NCBI GenBank assembly: GCA_040220235.1
Contig: JAVJTO010000057.1
Direction: 5' to 3' (one strand)
DNA: 39,631 bases
Source of the DNA: Coleofasciculus sp. B1-GNL1-01
GTDB lineage: Bacteria; Cyanobacteriota; Cyanobacteriia; Cyanobacteriales; Coleofasciculaceae
Positions 19,583 to 28,814 of the stretch are shown here, piece by piece. Made by a program: the position numbers and the translations under genes. How positions within the stretch are numbered: the stretch's first letter is position 1; every line of letters begins with the position of its first letter. The notes beneath the pieces are model-generated. The model ran no database searches. It saw only the letters and a program-made list of their open reading frames with translations, and was not told the DNA's origin.

Positions 19583-20068
19583 ATGGAGCCTAAATTTTTT
19601 ATTCCAGAAGAACACAAACAGAAATTTCAATATACGAGTAACGTTACTCAAACAGAAAGAATCAATGAATTGAACGACTTTATCTTTAAAAGTCAAGATG
19701 TGAGAGAATGCAAAAGAGCTGAAGCAGTAAAACTGAGACTATTAGGAATTAGCTACCAAGACATAGCCAAAAAACTAGGAGTTTCTATCGGTTTTGTCGC
19801 TAAATTTCAAAGACAATACACCGCAAGAGGACTTGACGGCATTAAACTTAAATATAAGGGATCAAAAGCTTATCTAACGCCTACACAAAAAGCCGAAATT
19901 GTTCATTGGATAAATTGTCCAAAAAACTGTAAATTATCGGCATTAAAAAGGCATTTACAAGATAACTATGATGTTGCCTTTAAATCCAAAGAAAGTTATT
20001 ATCAAATCTTGAGGGAGAGCCAAATTTACTGGCGGCAAGGGAAGAAAGATAAAAAGCATAAAAATTGA
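19583..20068 (+). CDS. HTH protein homologous to the IS630 transposase N-terminal (orfA) half; no DDE domain follows
   Basis: RECKRAEAVKL...SYQDIAKKLGVS..FV.K, YKGSKAYLT, L..HL...YDVAFKSKESYY.IL. Confidence 0.75.
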   Translation: MEPKFFIPEEHKQKFQYTSNVTQTERINELNDFIFKSQDVRECKRAEAVKLRLLGISYQDIAKKLGVSIGFVAKFQRQYTARGLDGIKLKYKGSKAYLTPTQKAEIVHWINCPKNCKLSALKRHLQDNYDVAFKSKESYYQILRESQIYWRQGKKDKKHKN

Positions 20069-20079
20069 TAATTACTGGA

Positions 20080-20107
20080 GTAGAGACGCGCCATGGCGCG
20101 TCTCTAC
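20080..20107. repeat. Perfect 28-bp GTAG REP palindrome (related copies at 23741-23776 and 28664-28683)
   Basis: gtagagacgcgccatggcgcgtctctac. Confidence 0.9.
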
Positions 20108-20212
20108 AATGGTGCTCTCCACTATCGTTCCGAGCCAAGACCAGAGCCAAGGAGCTAAACTCTTTTATTAAGAAAACTTATCACCCTGATTACTGGAGAG
20201 CCATCCATAAAT

Positions 20213-23200
20213 ATGAGCCATAATCCCTATCAGGTGGGGGGAAGTCTCACTGTAGATAACGCTACCTATATTTCGCGTCGAGCCGATCGCCTTCTCTATG
20301 ATGCCCTATTCCAGGGAGAATTCTGCTATGTCTTCAATGCCCGACAAATGGGCAAATCTAGCCTCCGAGTCAGAATCCAGCAACAGTTACACGAACAAGG
20401 CTATCGCTGTGTCTATCTAGACATGACTCAACTGGGCAGTGAACAGGTGAGTCATCAGCAGTGGTATCGGGGCATTATGTTGGCAATTGTCAGCAAACTT
20501 CAGCTATTGGGGAAAATTCCTCTCAAACAACGCTGGCAAGACTGGGAAACCTTGCCGATGGTGCAACAATTGGGGGTGTTAATGGATGAGATACTTGCCC
20601 AAATTCCCCAAACCCGACTGTTTATCTTTGTCGATGAAATTGATACGATTCTCAGCTTATCCTTTCCGGTAAATGATTTCTTTGGCTTTATTCGGTATTG
20701 TCACGAATTACGCCAGAATCAAGCCACCTATCAACAGTTAACCTGGGCATTATTTGGCGTGGCTACCCCCTCAGATTTAATTCGCGATCGCACTCGTACC
20801 CCGTTTAATATTGGTCAGGCAATTGATTTAAATGATTTTCACTTAGAAGAAGCCTATCCCCTGCTGCGATATTTCCCGGATTATCTACCCAATCCCAAAG
20901 GGATTCTCAAGGCGATTCTCCATTGGAGTGGCGGTCAACCGTTATTAACTCAAAAACTCTGTCAACGGGTGATTGAGTTGAGTACAATGGCAACCGAATC
21001 CCATCTGAGTCTTCCTTCGGGTACAGAAAACCAATGGATTGCAGAAATCGTCAAAACCCAGATTATTGACCATTGGGAATCCCAAGACAATCCCGAACAT
21101 CTCCGCACCATTCGCAATCGTCTACTCTATGACGAACAACGCGCCGGACGCTTATTAGGCTTATATCAACAGATTTTAGACAAAGACGGCATTATTAGTG
21201 ATGACAGTCCCGAACAAACGGAATTACGACTATCGGGATTAGTGGCGAAACGAAACGGAAAATTACAGGTCAAAAACCCGATTTACCAAACCATCTTTAA
21301 TCGGGACTGGATTCAAGCCCAATTCAATCAATTACGTCCCTATTCCCAAGCCTTAAACGGCTGGGTTGCCTCAAATTGTAGCGATGACTCTTGGTTATTA
21401 CGGGGAAAAGCCTTACAAGAGATGTTAATCTGGGGGAAAAATCAAAGCCTTAGCGATTTAGACTACCGTTTTCTATCCGCCAGTCAAGTCTTAGAACGCC
21501 AATCAAGCCTAGCCAAAGCGGAAGCCGCCCGTCTCCAGGAAGTAGAAGCCCGTCTAGCCATTGAACATCAGCGCAACCAAGAACAGCAACGCAGTTTAAG
21601 GCGACAGCGCCTATTATTAGCAGGGGTCAGCAGTGCCTTAGTGATTGCGGCTGGATTAGGAATTTTTGCTTGGTATCAATATCGTCGGGCATCGGTGCGA
21701 GAAGCCGAAGCCATTGTCCAAACGGCTGAAGCCTTATTTGCCTCAGATCAACCCTTTGAAGCCTTATTAGAAGCCATTCGCGGTCAACAGCAACTCAAGC
21801 GCTGGCAACGGGTGAATCCTGCCGTGCAATCTCACGCCGATGCAATTTTAAAACGAGTGGTGTTAAATATTCATCAGCGCAACCGTTTGGATGGACATGA
21901 GGCAGCCGTTCTCACCGTTGATATTAGTCCCGATGGACAAACCATCGCCACAGCGGGAGTCGATACAATGGTTAAATTGTGGAATCGAGACGGCAAGCTA
22001 CTCTCGACATTTAAGGCACATGAGGCGACAATTCGAGTGGTCAAATTTACCCCGGATGGTCAATTTCTGGCGACGGGGGCTGATGATGGCAAGATTCACC
22101 TTTGGACTCCCTCTGGCACATTAAAACGCACGATTAAAAGCGATTTAAAGGGAATCTGGAATTTAGCGTTTAGTCCCGATGGACAAACCTTGGTGGCGGT
22201 TGGACGTCGCAGTATCATGGAATTTTGGCAAATTGATGGGACTCCTATCGACCACTTTAAGATCACGCCATCTGGGGGATTATCGGTGAAGTACAATCCC
22301 CAAGGAAATCAAATTGCCGTCGGCGGAAATGACGGTACCATAACCCTTTTTCATCAGGATGAACAGCGACAACAAATCATCAATGCTCATCAGGCGGCAA
22401 TTAATGCGGTTGCCTTTAGTCCCGATGGAGAACGATTAGTTACGGGTAGCCTAGATCAAACGATTAAACTGTGGCGCAAGGATGGTACATTGCTGAAAAC
22501 CTTGACTCATCATAGTGCGGGTATTCTAGATATAGATTTTAATCCCGATGGGCAAACCTTTGTGGCGGGTAGCTACGACAAAACCCTGTCGCTGTGGACT
22601 CGTCATGGTACGTTACTCAACACCTTCAAAGGGCATCAGTCCGCCATTTGGGGAGTCGCCTTTAGTCCCGATGGCAAGATGCTGGCTTCCATTGGGGCAG
22701 ATAATACAGTTCTGCTGTGGCAGATTCACCATCCGTTCCATCAAATCGTACACGGAACAGGAGCAAGAGCATTAAAAACAATTTACAGCCATGATGGACA
22801 ACGCTTAGTCACGACTGGAGATCAAGATAATTTACTGTTAACCTCAACCTCTGATTTAACGATTAAATCTGTGGCTGCTCAACAGTTAATCGTCATGAAT
22901 TTGTCATTGCATCCGACTAAAGAGTTGGTGTTATCGACTGGAACAGATCAGACGATCAAAATTCGCCAGCTTGATGGCACCGTTTTGCAAACAATTCGGG
23001 ATCATGATGAGGTGGTCATGGGGGCGGATTGGCATCCCAGTGGCGAGGAAATCGTCTCAGCCACCGTCTCGGCTCATATCTATCGCTGGAATACCCAAGG
23101 TAAAAAGCTTAAACGTTGGTTAGGTCATTCTGCCCCGATTTGGGATATTCGCTATAGTCCCGATGGTAATCAGTTTGCCACCGCCGGGAATGATGGTACG

Positions 23201-23698
23201 GTGAAACTCTGGAGTCGAGAGGGCAAGTTACTGCACACGCTTAACCATGATTCAGCCGTGTGGCGAGTGGCATTTAGTGCTGATGGGGAATATCTGATCT
23301 CTGGGAGTGGGGATAAAACGGCGAAAATTTGGCGCCAGGATGGTACATTAGTCAAAACCTTAACGGGACATCAGGCGGCGGTTTGGGGGGTGGCATTTAG
23401 TCCCGATGGTGCTTTAGCAGCGACGGCTAGCATTGATGAAACGGTGAAACTCTGGACGATGGACGGGACATTATTAGCCACCCTCAAAGGTCATACATCG
23501 GGGATTCGCAGTCTGGCGTTTCGTCCCGATGGACAGGTGTTGGCTTCAGCCGGAGATGATCAGGCGGTGGTGTTTTGGAATATTGCCAACATTTTAAACC
23601 TGCAACCGTTAGACTATGCTTGCGATTGGGTCAAAGATTATCTTGATACAAACTCCCAAGTTACAGATAGGAAGCGACAGCTTTGTCCACCGGGTTAA
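20213..23698 (+). CDS. AAA_35 (STAND-like) ATPase - coiled coil - TM - WD40 repeat protein
   Basis: YQVGGSL, Walker A NARQMGKSS, Walker B FIFVDEID, TPFNIG; TM LLLAGVSSALVIAAGLGIFAW; about 14 GH...FSPDG...W repeats. Confidence 0.92.
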   Translation: MSHNPYQVGGSLTVDNATYISRRADRLLYDALFQGEFCYVFNARQMGKSSLRVRIQQQLHEQGYRCVYLDMTQLGSEQVSHQQWYRGIMLAIVSKLQLLGKIPLKQRWQDWETLPMVQQLGVLMDEILAQIPQTRLFIFVDEIDTILSLSFPVNDFFGFIRYCHELRQNQATYQQLTWALFGVATPSDLIRDRTRTPFNIGQAIDLNDFHLEEAYPLLRYFPDYLPNPKGILKAILHWSGGQPLLTQKLCQRVIELSTMATESHLSLPSGTENQWIAEIVKTQIIDHWESQDNPEHLRTIRNRLLYDEQRAGRLLGLYQQILDKDGIISDDSPEQTELRLSGLVAKRNGKLQVKNPIYQTIFNRDWIQAQFNQLRPYSQALNGWVASNCSDDSWLLRGKALQEMLIWGKNQSLSDLDYRFLSASQVLERQSSLAKAEAARLQEVEARLAIEHQRNQEQQRSLRRQRLLLAGVSSALVIAAGLGIFAWYQYRRASVREAEAIVQTAEALFASDQPFEALLEAIRGQQQLKRWQRVNPAVQSHADAILKRVVLNIHQRNRLDGHEAAVLTVDISPDGQTIATAGVDTMVKLWNRDGKLLSTFKAHEATIRVVKFTPDGQFLATGADDGKIHLWTPSGTLKRTIKSDLKGIWNLAFSPDGQTLVAVGRRSIMEFWQIDGTPIDHFKITPSGGLSVKYNPQGNQIAVGGNDGTITLFHQDEQRQQIINAHQAAINAVAFSPDGERLVTGSLDQTIKLWRKDGTLLKTLTHHSAGILDIDFNPDGQTFVAGSYDKTLSLWTRHGTLLNTFKGHQSAIWGVAFSPDGKMLASIGADNTVLLWQIHHPFHQIVHGTGARALKTIYSHDGQRLVTTGDQDNLLLTSTSDLTIKSVAAQQLIVMNLSLHPTKELVLSTGTDQTIKIRQLDGTVLQTIRDHDEVVMGADWHPSGEEIVSATVSAHIYRWNTQGKKLKRWLGHSAPIWDIRYSPDGNQFATAGNDGTVKLWSREGKLLHTLNHDSAVWRVAFSADGEYLISGSGDKTAKIWRQDGTLVKTLTGHQAAVWGVAFSPDGALAATASIDETVKLWTMDGTLLATLKGHTSGIRSLAFRPDGQVLASAGDDQAVVFWNIANILNLQPLDYACDWVKDYLDTNSQVTDRKRQLCPPG

Positions 23699-23740
23699 CT
23701 ATCATGTCCGGTGGAATACATCGATTAGGACGTTCTGCAC

Positions 23741-23776
23741 CATTGTAGAGACGTTCCATGGAACGTCTCTACAATG
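23741..23776. repeat. Perfect 36-bp REP palindrome between convergent genes (possible bidirectional terminator)
   Basis: cattgtagagacgttccatggaacgtctctacaatg. Confidence 0.88.
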
Positions 23777-25091
23777 AATAATGGGTCAAAAAATAGTTGC
23801 GATAGAGTTCACAGGGGAGACTTGCCATCAGTCCTTGCAGTTGCACCAAACCCAATCCCTCTAAACGATGAGCCGTTTGAGTCTCTAAGGGAATCGGCTC
23901 TGAACTCGATAACACTTGATAAAAGGCTTGCTCTAACTGTTTATCCTGTGTCAACATAATCCACAGTTGCTCCAAATATTCCCCATAGATACCTTTTGCT
24001 GTCGGAGCTTCTGCTAAGAGTTGTTCTAATGATAAATAGCCGGAACGTAACCAGTAAAATGCTAATTGGAGTAAGTAAGGATGACCCCCGACTAGAGCCA
24101 CTAAAGGATCTAGGGTTTCTATCCCGACTTGCTCCAGTTGATAACGCTGCGCTAATTCGCTAATTTGAGGGCGGGTTAAGGGGGGCAAGCTTAACGGAAT
24201 TCCGACATTAAAAGGAGATTGGTGGGGCTGAATGGATACGGTTAATTCAGTGGAATAGGCAAGAATTAACCGTAATTTTTGCCAATTTCCTGGGGTGCGA
24301 GCTTGTTCATACCAATAACGCAACATGGAGAAGAATTGACTGGCTAAATCGGGATAGTCAAACAGGGTATGCACCTTGTCAAAGGCAATGACTACAGGAG
24401 TGTCAACCGCATTCAGGCAATACTCTTGCATATAAACCGTGCAACTCATTTTACTCCCAGCCCCCTCAAACCAATAGTCGTCAAATTTTGGCTCTAAGTT
24501 CAACTGTTGGCTAGTCGCCCAACAAATCCATTGCAAAAATTGCTCTAAATCATTGAGCATGGCGGGTTCTGCCTGTTGGACATTGACTAAAACTGTTTGC
24601 ATTTCCTGCTGATGAGCAATGCCGAACAGACGATGAATTAAAGAGGTTTTGCCCATCCGTTGTGGCGCCCTCAGGCGCATCAGACTCCCGGTTTGATTCA
24701 GAGTGGTAATCGCTAAGGTTTCCGTTGGGGGACGCTCAATATATAAAGGTGACGTAGCCGGAAGAGGGCGACCGGGAAAGTCGAATTCTGCTATTGTGGT
24801 ATTCGGTTGAGTTTTTCGCTGATAGAGTTCGGTATTTCCTTGAGAAAACTGCGTTAACATAAACGCAAGATTTCGCTTGTTAATGTTACAATTTAATTTT
24901 TGAGAGAGTGCCAGCCAAAGGTGAGAGCCAATGTCTTTAATGTAACCCGCGTCATATCCCGTTTCTTGAGCAATTTCTCGATATAATTTTCCTGACAACG
25001 CCCTGTCTAAAACAATTTCCTCAACTTGGCTGATTTTTCTGGGAGCAAGAATTGTTTTAGCCCATTCAAGTGTTTCTTTTTTGCTATTCAT
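23769..25091 (-). CDS. N-terminal HTH + AAA_35 domain protein
   Basis: YREIAQETGYDAGYIKDIGSHLW..LS HTH; YIERPP.E; Walker A RAPQRMGKTS; Walker B IAFDKVH; SPFNVG; GGHPYL. Confidence 0.9.
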   Translation of the reverse strand: MNSKKETLEWAKTILAPRKISQVEEIVLDRALSGKLYREIAQETGYDAGYIKDIGSHLWLALSQKLNCNINKRNLAFMLTQFSQGNTELYQRKTQPNTTIAEFDFPGRPLPATSPLYIERPPTETLAITTLNQTGSLMRLRAPQRMGKTSLIHRLFGIAHQQEMQTVLVNVQQAEPAMLNDLEQFLQWICWATSQQLNLEPKFDDYWFEGAGSKMSCTVYMQEYCLNAVDTPVVIAFDKVHTLFDYPDLASQFFSMLRYWYEQARTPGNWQKLRLILAYSTELTVSIQPHQSPFNVGIPLSLPPLTRPQISELAQRYQLEQVGIETLDPLVALVGGHPYLLQLAFYWLRSGYLSLEQLLAEAPTAKGIYGEYLEQLWIMLTQDKQLEQAFYQVLSSSEPIPLETQTAHRLEGLGLVQLQGLMASLPCELYRNYFLTHYSL

Positions 25092-25480
25092 TTTTAGGTA
25101 GAGAGGTCAAGATGACAGAAAAACTGGTTAATTTTCAATCCTCAATTTTATGACGATTTTACCAGCTCCGGTAGTCCTGCCAAGAGTAGCGATCATTGAC
25201 AAACTCAACTCAATACCCATACTAAATCGCTGATTTCATGAATACCTAAGACCTGTTAACAGAAAAACATGATCAAAAAACATATAACTTTATTGTTGTA
25301 TAGTAGTTAATTAGGCTCAGGCAAGTCGGGAATTTTCTCGCCCATCATCTTTGCGACCTTACGAAGGCTAAAATAAGCTTGATTCTGCACGTCCAAAGTG
25401 ATACGCAAGGAAAAAAAGTGTTTCCTGAACCTAAGTACAACGATTGGCTGGCTGAAAGGCAGGATAAAATCAAACATTAC

Positions 25481-26948
25481 AGAATAGCGATGGTGCAGGC
25501 TCCCCCGCGTTTCAACCGGGGGATGAAACCGAGCGAATCAGAAAGATTGTGGGATAAATCCCACAATAACTATTTTAAATGATATTATATAATTATAAAC
25601 AAGGAGGTGATATTCTTGTACGGTTGTCAGCAAGTATTATTAAAACCAGATAAAGAACTAGCCGCCGTTTTAGAGTTTATTTGCACCGAAGCGAATAACT
25701 TAATGAACTGCGGCATATATTATGCTCGTCAAATCTGGTTTAAGCGTAGGCAGATTATTGGTAAATATGACTTAGAAAAGGAGTATAAAAACAACAAACA
25801 CTTTCAAGTCCTCTATTCCCAAGCAGCCCAACAAGCGTTAAGAAAAGTTAGCGAATCCTTTAAGTCCTTCATTGGATTAATGAGGGCGTTTAAAAAAGGA
25901 AAAATAACGAACGTACCTAGACTACCTAAGTATTTAAAGAAAGGCGGACTTTCTGTTGTTAGCTACCCTAAACAAGCTTTAAAGATTAAAGATGATCAAA
26001 TTAGGATGCCGTTAGGCAAGCTGGTTAAGACATGGTTTAAGATATCGGACTTCTTTATACCGATGCCATCTAACCTCAACTTTAAAGATATCAAGGAGTT
26101 AAGAATCTTTCCCCGCAACGGTTGCTTCTATGCTGAGTTCGTCTACCTTCTACCTTCTGCAACAGCAGATGTAGATCTCTCACGAGTGTTAGGCATCGAC
26201 CCTGGTCTTGACAACTGGATGACCTGTGTCTCTAACGTGAAGACCAGCTTTATTGTTGATGGACGTAAACTAAAGAGTCTTAATCAACTATATAACAAAC
26301 GGGTTGCAACCATTAAGTTAGGGAAAGCTCAGGGGTTTTGGGACGAAGAATTAGCCTCTCTCACAGAAAAGCGCAATAGGCAAGTAAGAGATGCAGTTAA
26401 TAAAGCCGCTCGTGTCGTCATCAACCATTGTCTCCAACATCGAATCGGAACAGTCGTTTTCGGTTGGAATCAGCGTAACAAAGATGGCATTGAGTTAGGG
26501 AAAAAGACAAACCAAGAGTTTGTCCAAATTCCTACCGCTCGTCTCAAAAACAGGATTGAGCAACTGTGTGAACACTACGGAATTCGGTTTATAGAAACTG
26601 AAGAAAGTTATACCTCTAAAGCTAGTTTTCTTGATAATGACTTTCTGCCTGTATTCGGCTCAGGCCCGGAAGGGTGGAAGGCTAGCGGAAAGCGAGTGAA
26701 ACGAGGAATGTACCGTACTAAAAACGGAGAATTTATCAACGCCGATGCTAACGGCGCTGCTAATATTCTCCGCAAAGTAGAGATACAGTTAGGTCTTGAC
26801 TTAGCCAAGGTCTGTAGGGCGTTTTGAGAAGCGCCATCCAGGGTTTTTCTCTGGAACTCTAAGAAGACAAAACTTTCATGACGCGGCTTTAGCCCGTCCC
26901 GTAGTATCCTCTTAGAATCCCCCGTGTTTCAACCGGGGGAGAAGTCAA
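25481..26948 (+). mobile_element. IS200/IS605-family, IS1341-type (tnpB-only) element; left boundary approximate
   Basis: Matching subterminal hairpins tcccccgcgtttcaaccggggga (25501-25523) and tcccccgtgtttcaaccggggga (26918-26940); GAAT before the right hairpin and TCAA at 26945-26948; no tnpA. Confidence 0.85.
25616..26827 (+). CDS. tnpB: RNA-guided endonuclease TnpB
   Basis: RuvC-I LGIDPG, EESYTSKAS, RuvC-III INADANGAANI; strong RBS AAGGAGGTGA before TTG 25616. Confidence 0.93.
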   Translation: MYGCQQVLLKPDKELAAVLEFICTEANNLMNCGIYYARQIWFKRRQIIGKYDLEKEYKNNKHFQVLYSQAAQQALRKVSESFKSFIGLMRAFKKGKITNVPRLPKYLKKGGLSVVSYPKQALKIKDDQIRMPLGKLVKTWFKISDFFIPMPSNLNFKDIKELRIFPRNGCFYAEFVYLLPSATADVDLSRVLGIDPGLDNWMTCVSNVKTSFIVDGRKLKSLNQLYNKRVATIKLGKAQGFWDEELASLTEKRNRQVRDAVNKAARVVINHCLQHRIGTVVFGWNQRNKDGIELGKKTNQEFVQIPTARLKNRIEQLCEHYGIRFIETEESYTSKASFLDNDFLPVFGSGPEGWKASGKRVKRGMYRTKNGEFINADANGAANILRKVEIQLGLDLAKVCRAF

Positions 26949-26968
26949 GCATACTTTGTTTTTCCATG
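26770..26968 (+). ncRNA. Putative TnpB omegaRNA/reRNA (scaffold to TCAA 26948 plus about 20-nt flank-derived guide); 5' end approximate
   Basis: Inferred from the established position of omegaRNAs at the tnpB 3' end and IS right end; the right-end hairpin is visible. Confidence 0.55.
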
Positions 26969-28402
26969 CTTAACCTTAAAGATGCTTTTTTCGCCTTCAT
27001 CTTGGTAGCACTCCTCATTCTAGTGGGGCGGTTCATTCACCAAAAAATCCGTTGGATACAGAAGCTGTACATCCCCGAATCCATTGTCGCGGGTGTGGTG
27101 GCGCTGGTATTGGGACCCCAGATTCTGGGTGCGATCGCCAATCCAAATTCACCCCTGGCGAATGGCGTCTTCCCTGAATCCATTCGGGATGTGTGGTCAC
27201 AGTCTCCTGGGGTGTTTATCAATATCGTCTTCGCCGCTTTGTTTCTGGGTGAATCGATTCCCCATCCCAGGGACATCTGGAATAAGGCTGCACCTCAAGT
27301 TGTATTTGGTCAAAGTTTGGCGTGGGGACAATATGTAGTCGGGATTTTACTCACCTTGCTAATCCTGATCCCTGTCTTTGGAATCGATCCCACAGCAGCC
27401 GCTTTAATTGAAATTGCCTTTGAAGGGGGACATGGTACAGCCGCAGGGATGGCGGGAACGTTTCAAGAGTTGGGGTTTCCCGATGGTGCTGACTTGGCGG
27501 TAGGATTAGCCACGGTGGGGATTGTGTCGGGGATTGTCACGGGAACGGTACTGGCGAATTGGGGGAGACGCCAAGGCTATGTGCAAGGTGTTCAGCAAAA
27601 TGTAGCGGAACCGGAATGGTTTGAGGATTACACCCACAGTGAAACCCCGCAAATCCGCAGGGCGCGATCGCGCTTGATGCGGAATATGTTAATTGATCCG
27701 CTATCGTTGCACTTTGGCTTTGTCGGATTAGCGATCGCGATCGGGTGGCTGATTCTGCAAGGATTAGTCTGGATCGAGTCAGTGACATGGGGTATAGGCG
27801 GATTTGAACTGATGAGGTATGTTCCCCTATTTCCCATGGCGCTGGTGGGGGGAATTATTGTCCAGTTGCTAATGGAACGGTTAGGACTACATCCGCTAAT
27901 TATTCGCCCTTTAATGAATAATATTGCGGGAGTCGCCTTAGATATTGTCGTCGTTACCGCCTTAGCCACCATTTCTCTAACCGTACTCGGAGAAAACTTT
28001 GGTTCCTTTCTGCTGCTGAGTGTCGCTGGGATAACTTGGAATATTTTCGCCTTCCTTTATCTCGCCCCGCGTGTAATTCCATCTTACTGGTTTGAACGGG
28101 GGCTAGGTGATTTAGGACAATCGATGGGAGTCACTGCAACGGGTATTTTATTATTGCGAATGGTTGACCCCGACAATCGCTCCGGTGCCTTTGAAAGTTT
28201 TGCCTACAAACAGTTATTTTTTGAACCCATTGTTGGCGGTGGATTATTCACCGCAGCTGCGCCGAGTCTAATTGCTAGATTTGGTCTGGTTTCCATCTTG
28301 TTGATCACAGGAGGACTTCTAGCCGCTTGGCTGATTTTTGGATTTCTCGCCTTTGGGAAACAAGCCAGACGAGCCAGAAACGCGGAAACGGGGATTTTTT
28401 AG
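26966..28402 (+). CDS. gltS: Sodium:glutamate symporter (GltS/ESS family)
   Basis: Multi-TM protein; YIPESIVAG, FEGGHGTAAG, GQSMGVTATG motifs. ATG 26966 is used because the track's start lies inside the IS end. Confidence 0.82.
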   Translation: MLNLKDAFFAFILVALLILVGRFIHQKIRWIQKLYIPESIVAGVVALVLGPQILGAIANPNSPLANGVFPESIRDVWSQSPGVFINIVFAALFLGESIPHPRDIWNKAAPQVVFGQSLAWGQYVVGILLTLLILIPVFGIDPTAAALIEIAFEGGHGTAAGMAGTFQELGFPDGADLAVGLATVGIVSGIVTGTVLANWGRRQGYVQGVQQNVAEPEWFEDYTHSETPQIRRARSRLMRNMLIDPLSLHFGFVGLAIAIGWLILQGLVWIESVTWGIGGFELMRYVPLFPMALVGGIIVQLLMERLGLHPLIIRPLMNNIAGVALDIVVVTALATISLTVLGENFGSFLLLSVAGITWNIFAFLYLAPRVIPSYWFERGLGDLGQSMGVTATGILLLRMVDPDNRSGAFESFAYKQLFFEPIVGGGLFTAAAPSLIARFGLVSILLITGGLLAAWLIFGFLAFGKQARRARNAETGIF

Positions 28403-28814
28403 GGATGGGTTTGGCGAAGTTGGGGGAGCGGGGGGAGCGGGGGAAGTTAACTCAAAACTCTACCTTACCTGTTCCCTGTTCCCTCTTCTGGAGACAAATG
28501 ACGTAGCTTGCTTCTTTTCAGGAGCGAGTATCTCCACCGTTAACTTTTATCGTACCTACCTTAAAATAAGCATATCGACGAATCAGAAGGTATCTAGTTG
28601 GCTTTTTATACCAAGTTGCATTCCAAAGATATAACTTTCCCTCCCCCTGCTTCCCCTGCTTCCAGACGCGCCATGGCACGTCTCTCCATTGCTCTCCCTG
28701 CTTTTCCTATCTACTATGTTGGAGTTGGAGCGCAACTCGGTATTAGTCCCGGATTGCGGTCACGGGGTTTGTAGGAAAGTATGCTATCCGTCTGCTTTGA
28801 CATTTGTAAGATCC

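Noticed and set aside
25379..25582. Possible tnpA upstream of tnpB
   Set aside because: The 67-aa ORF lacks the HUH and catalytic Tyr motifs and spans the IS left end
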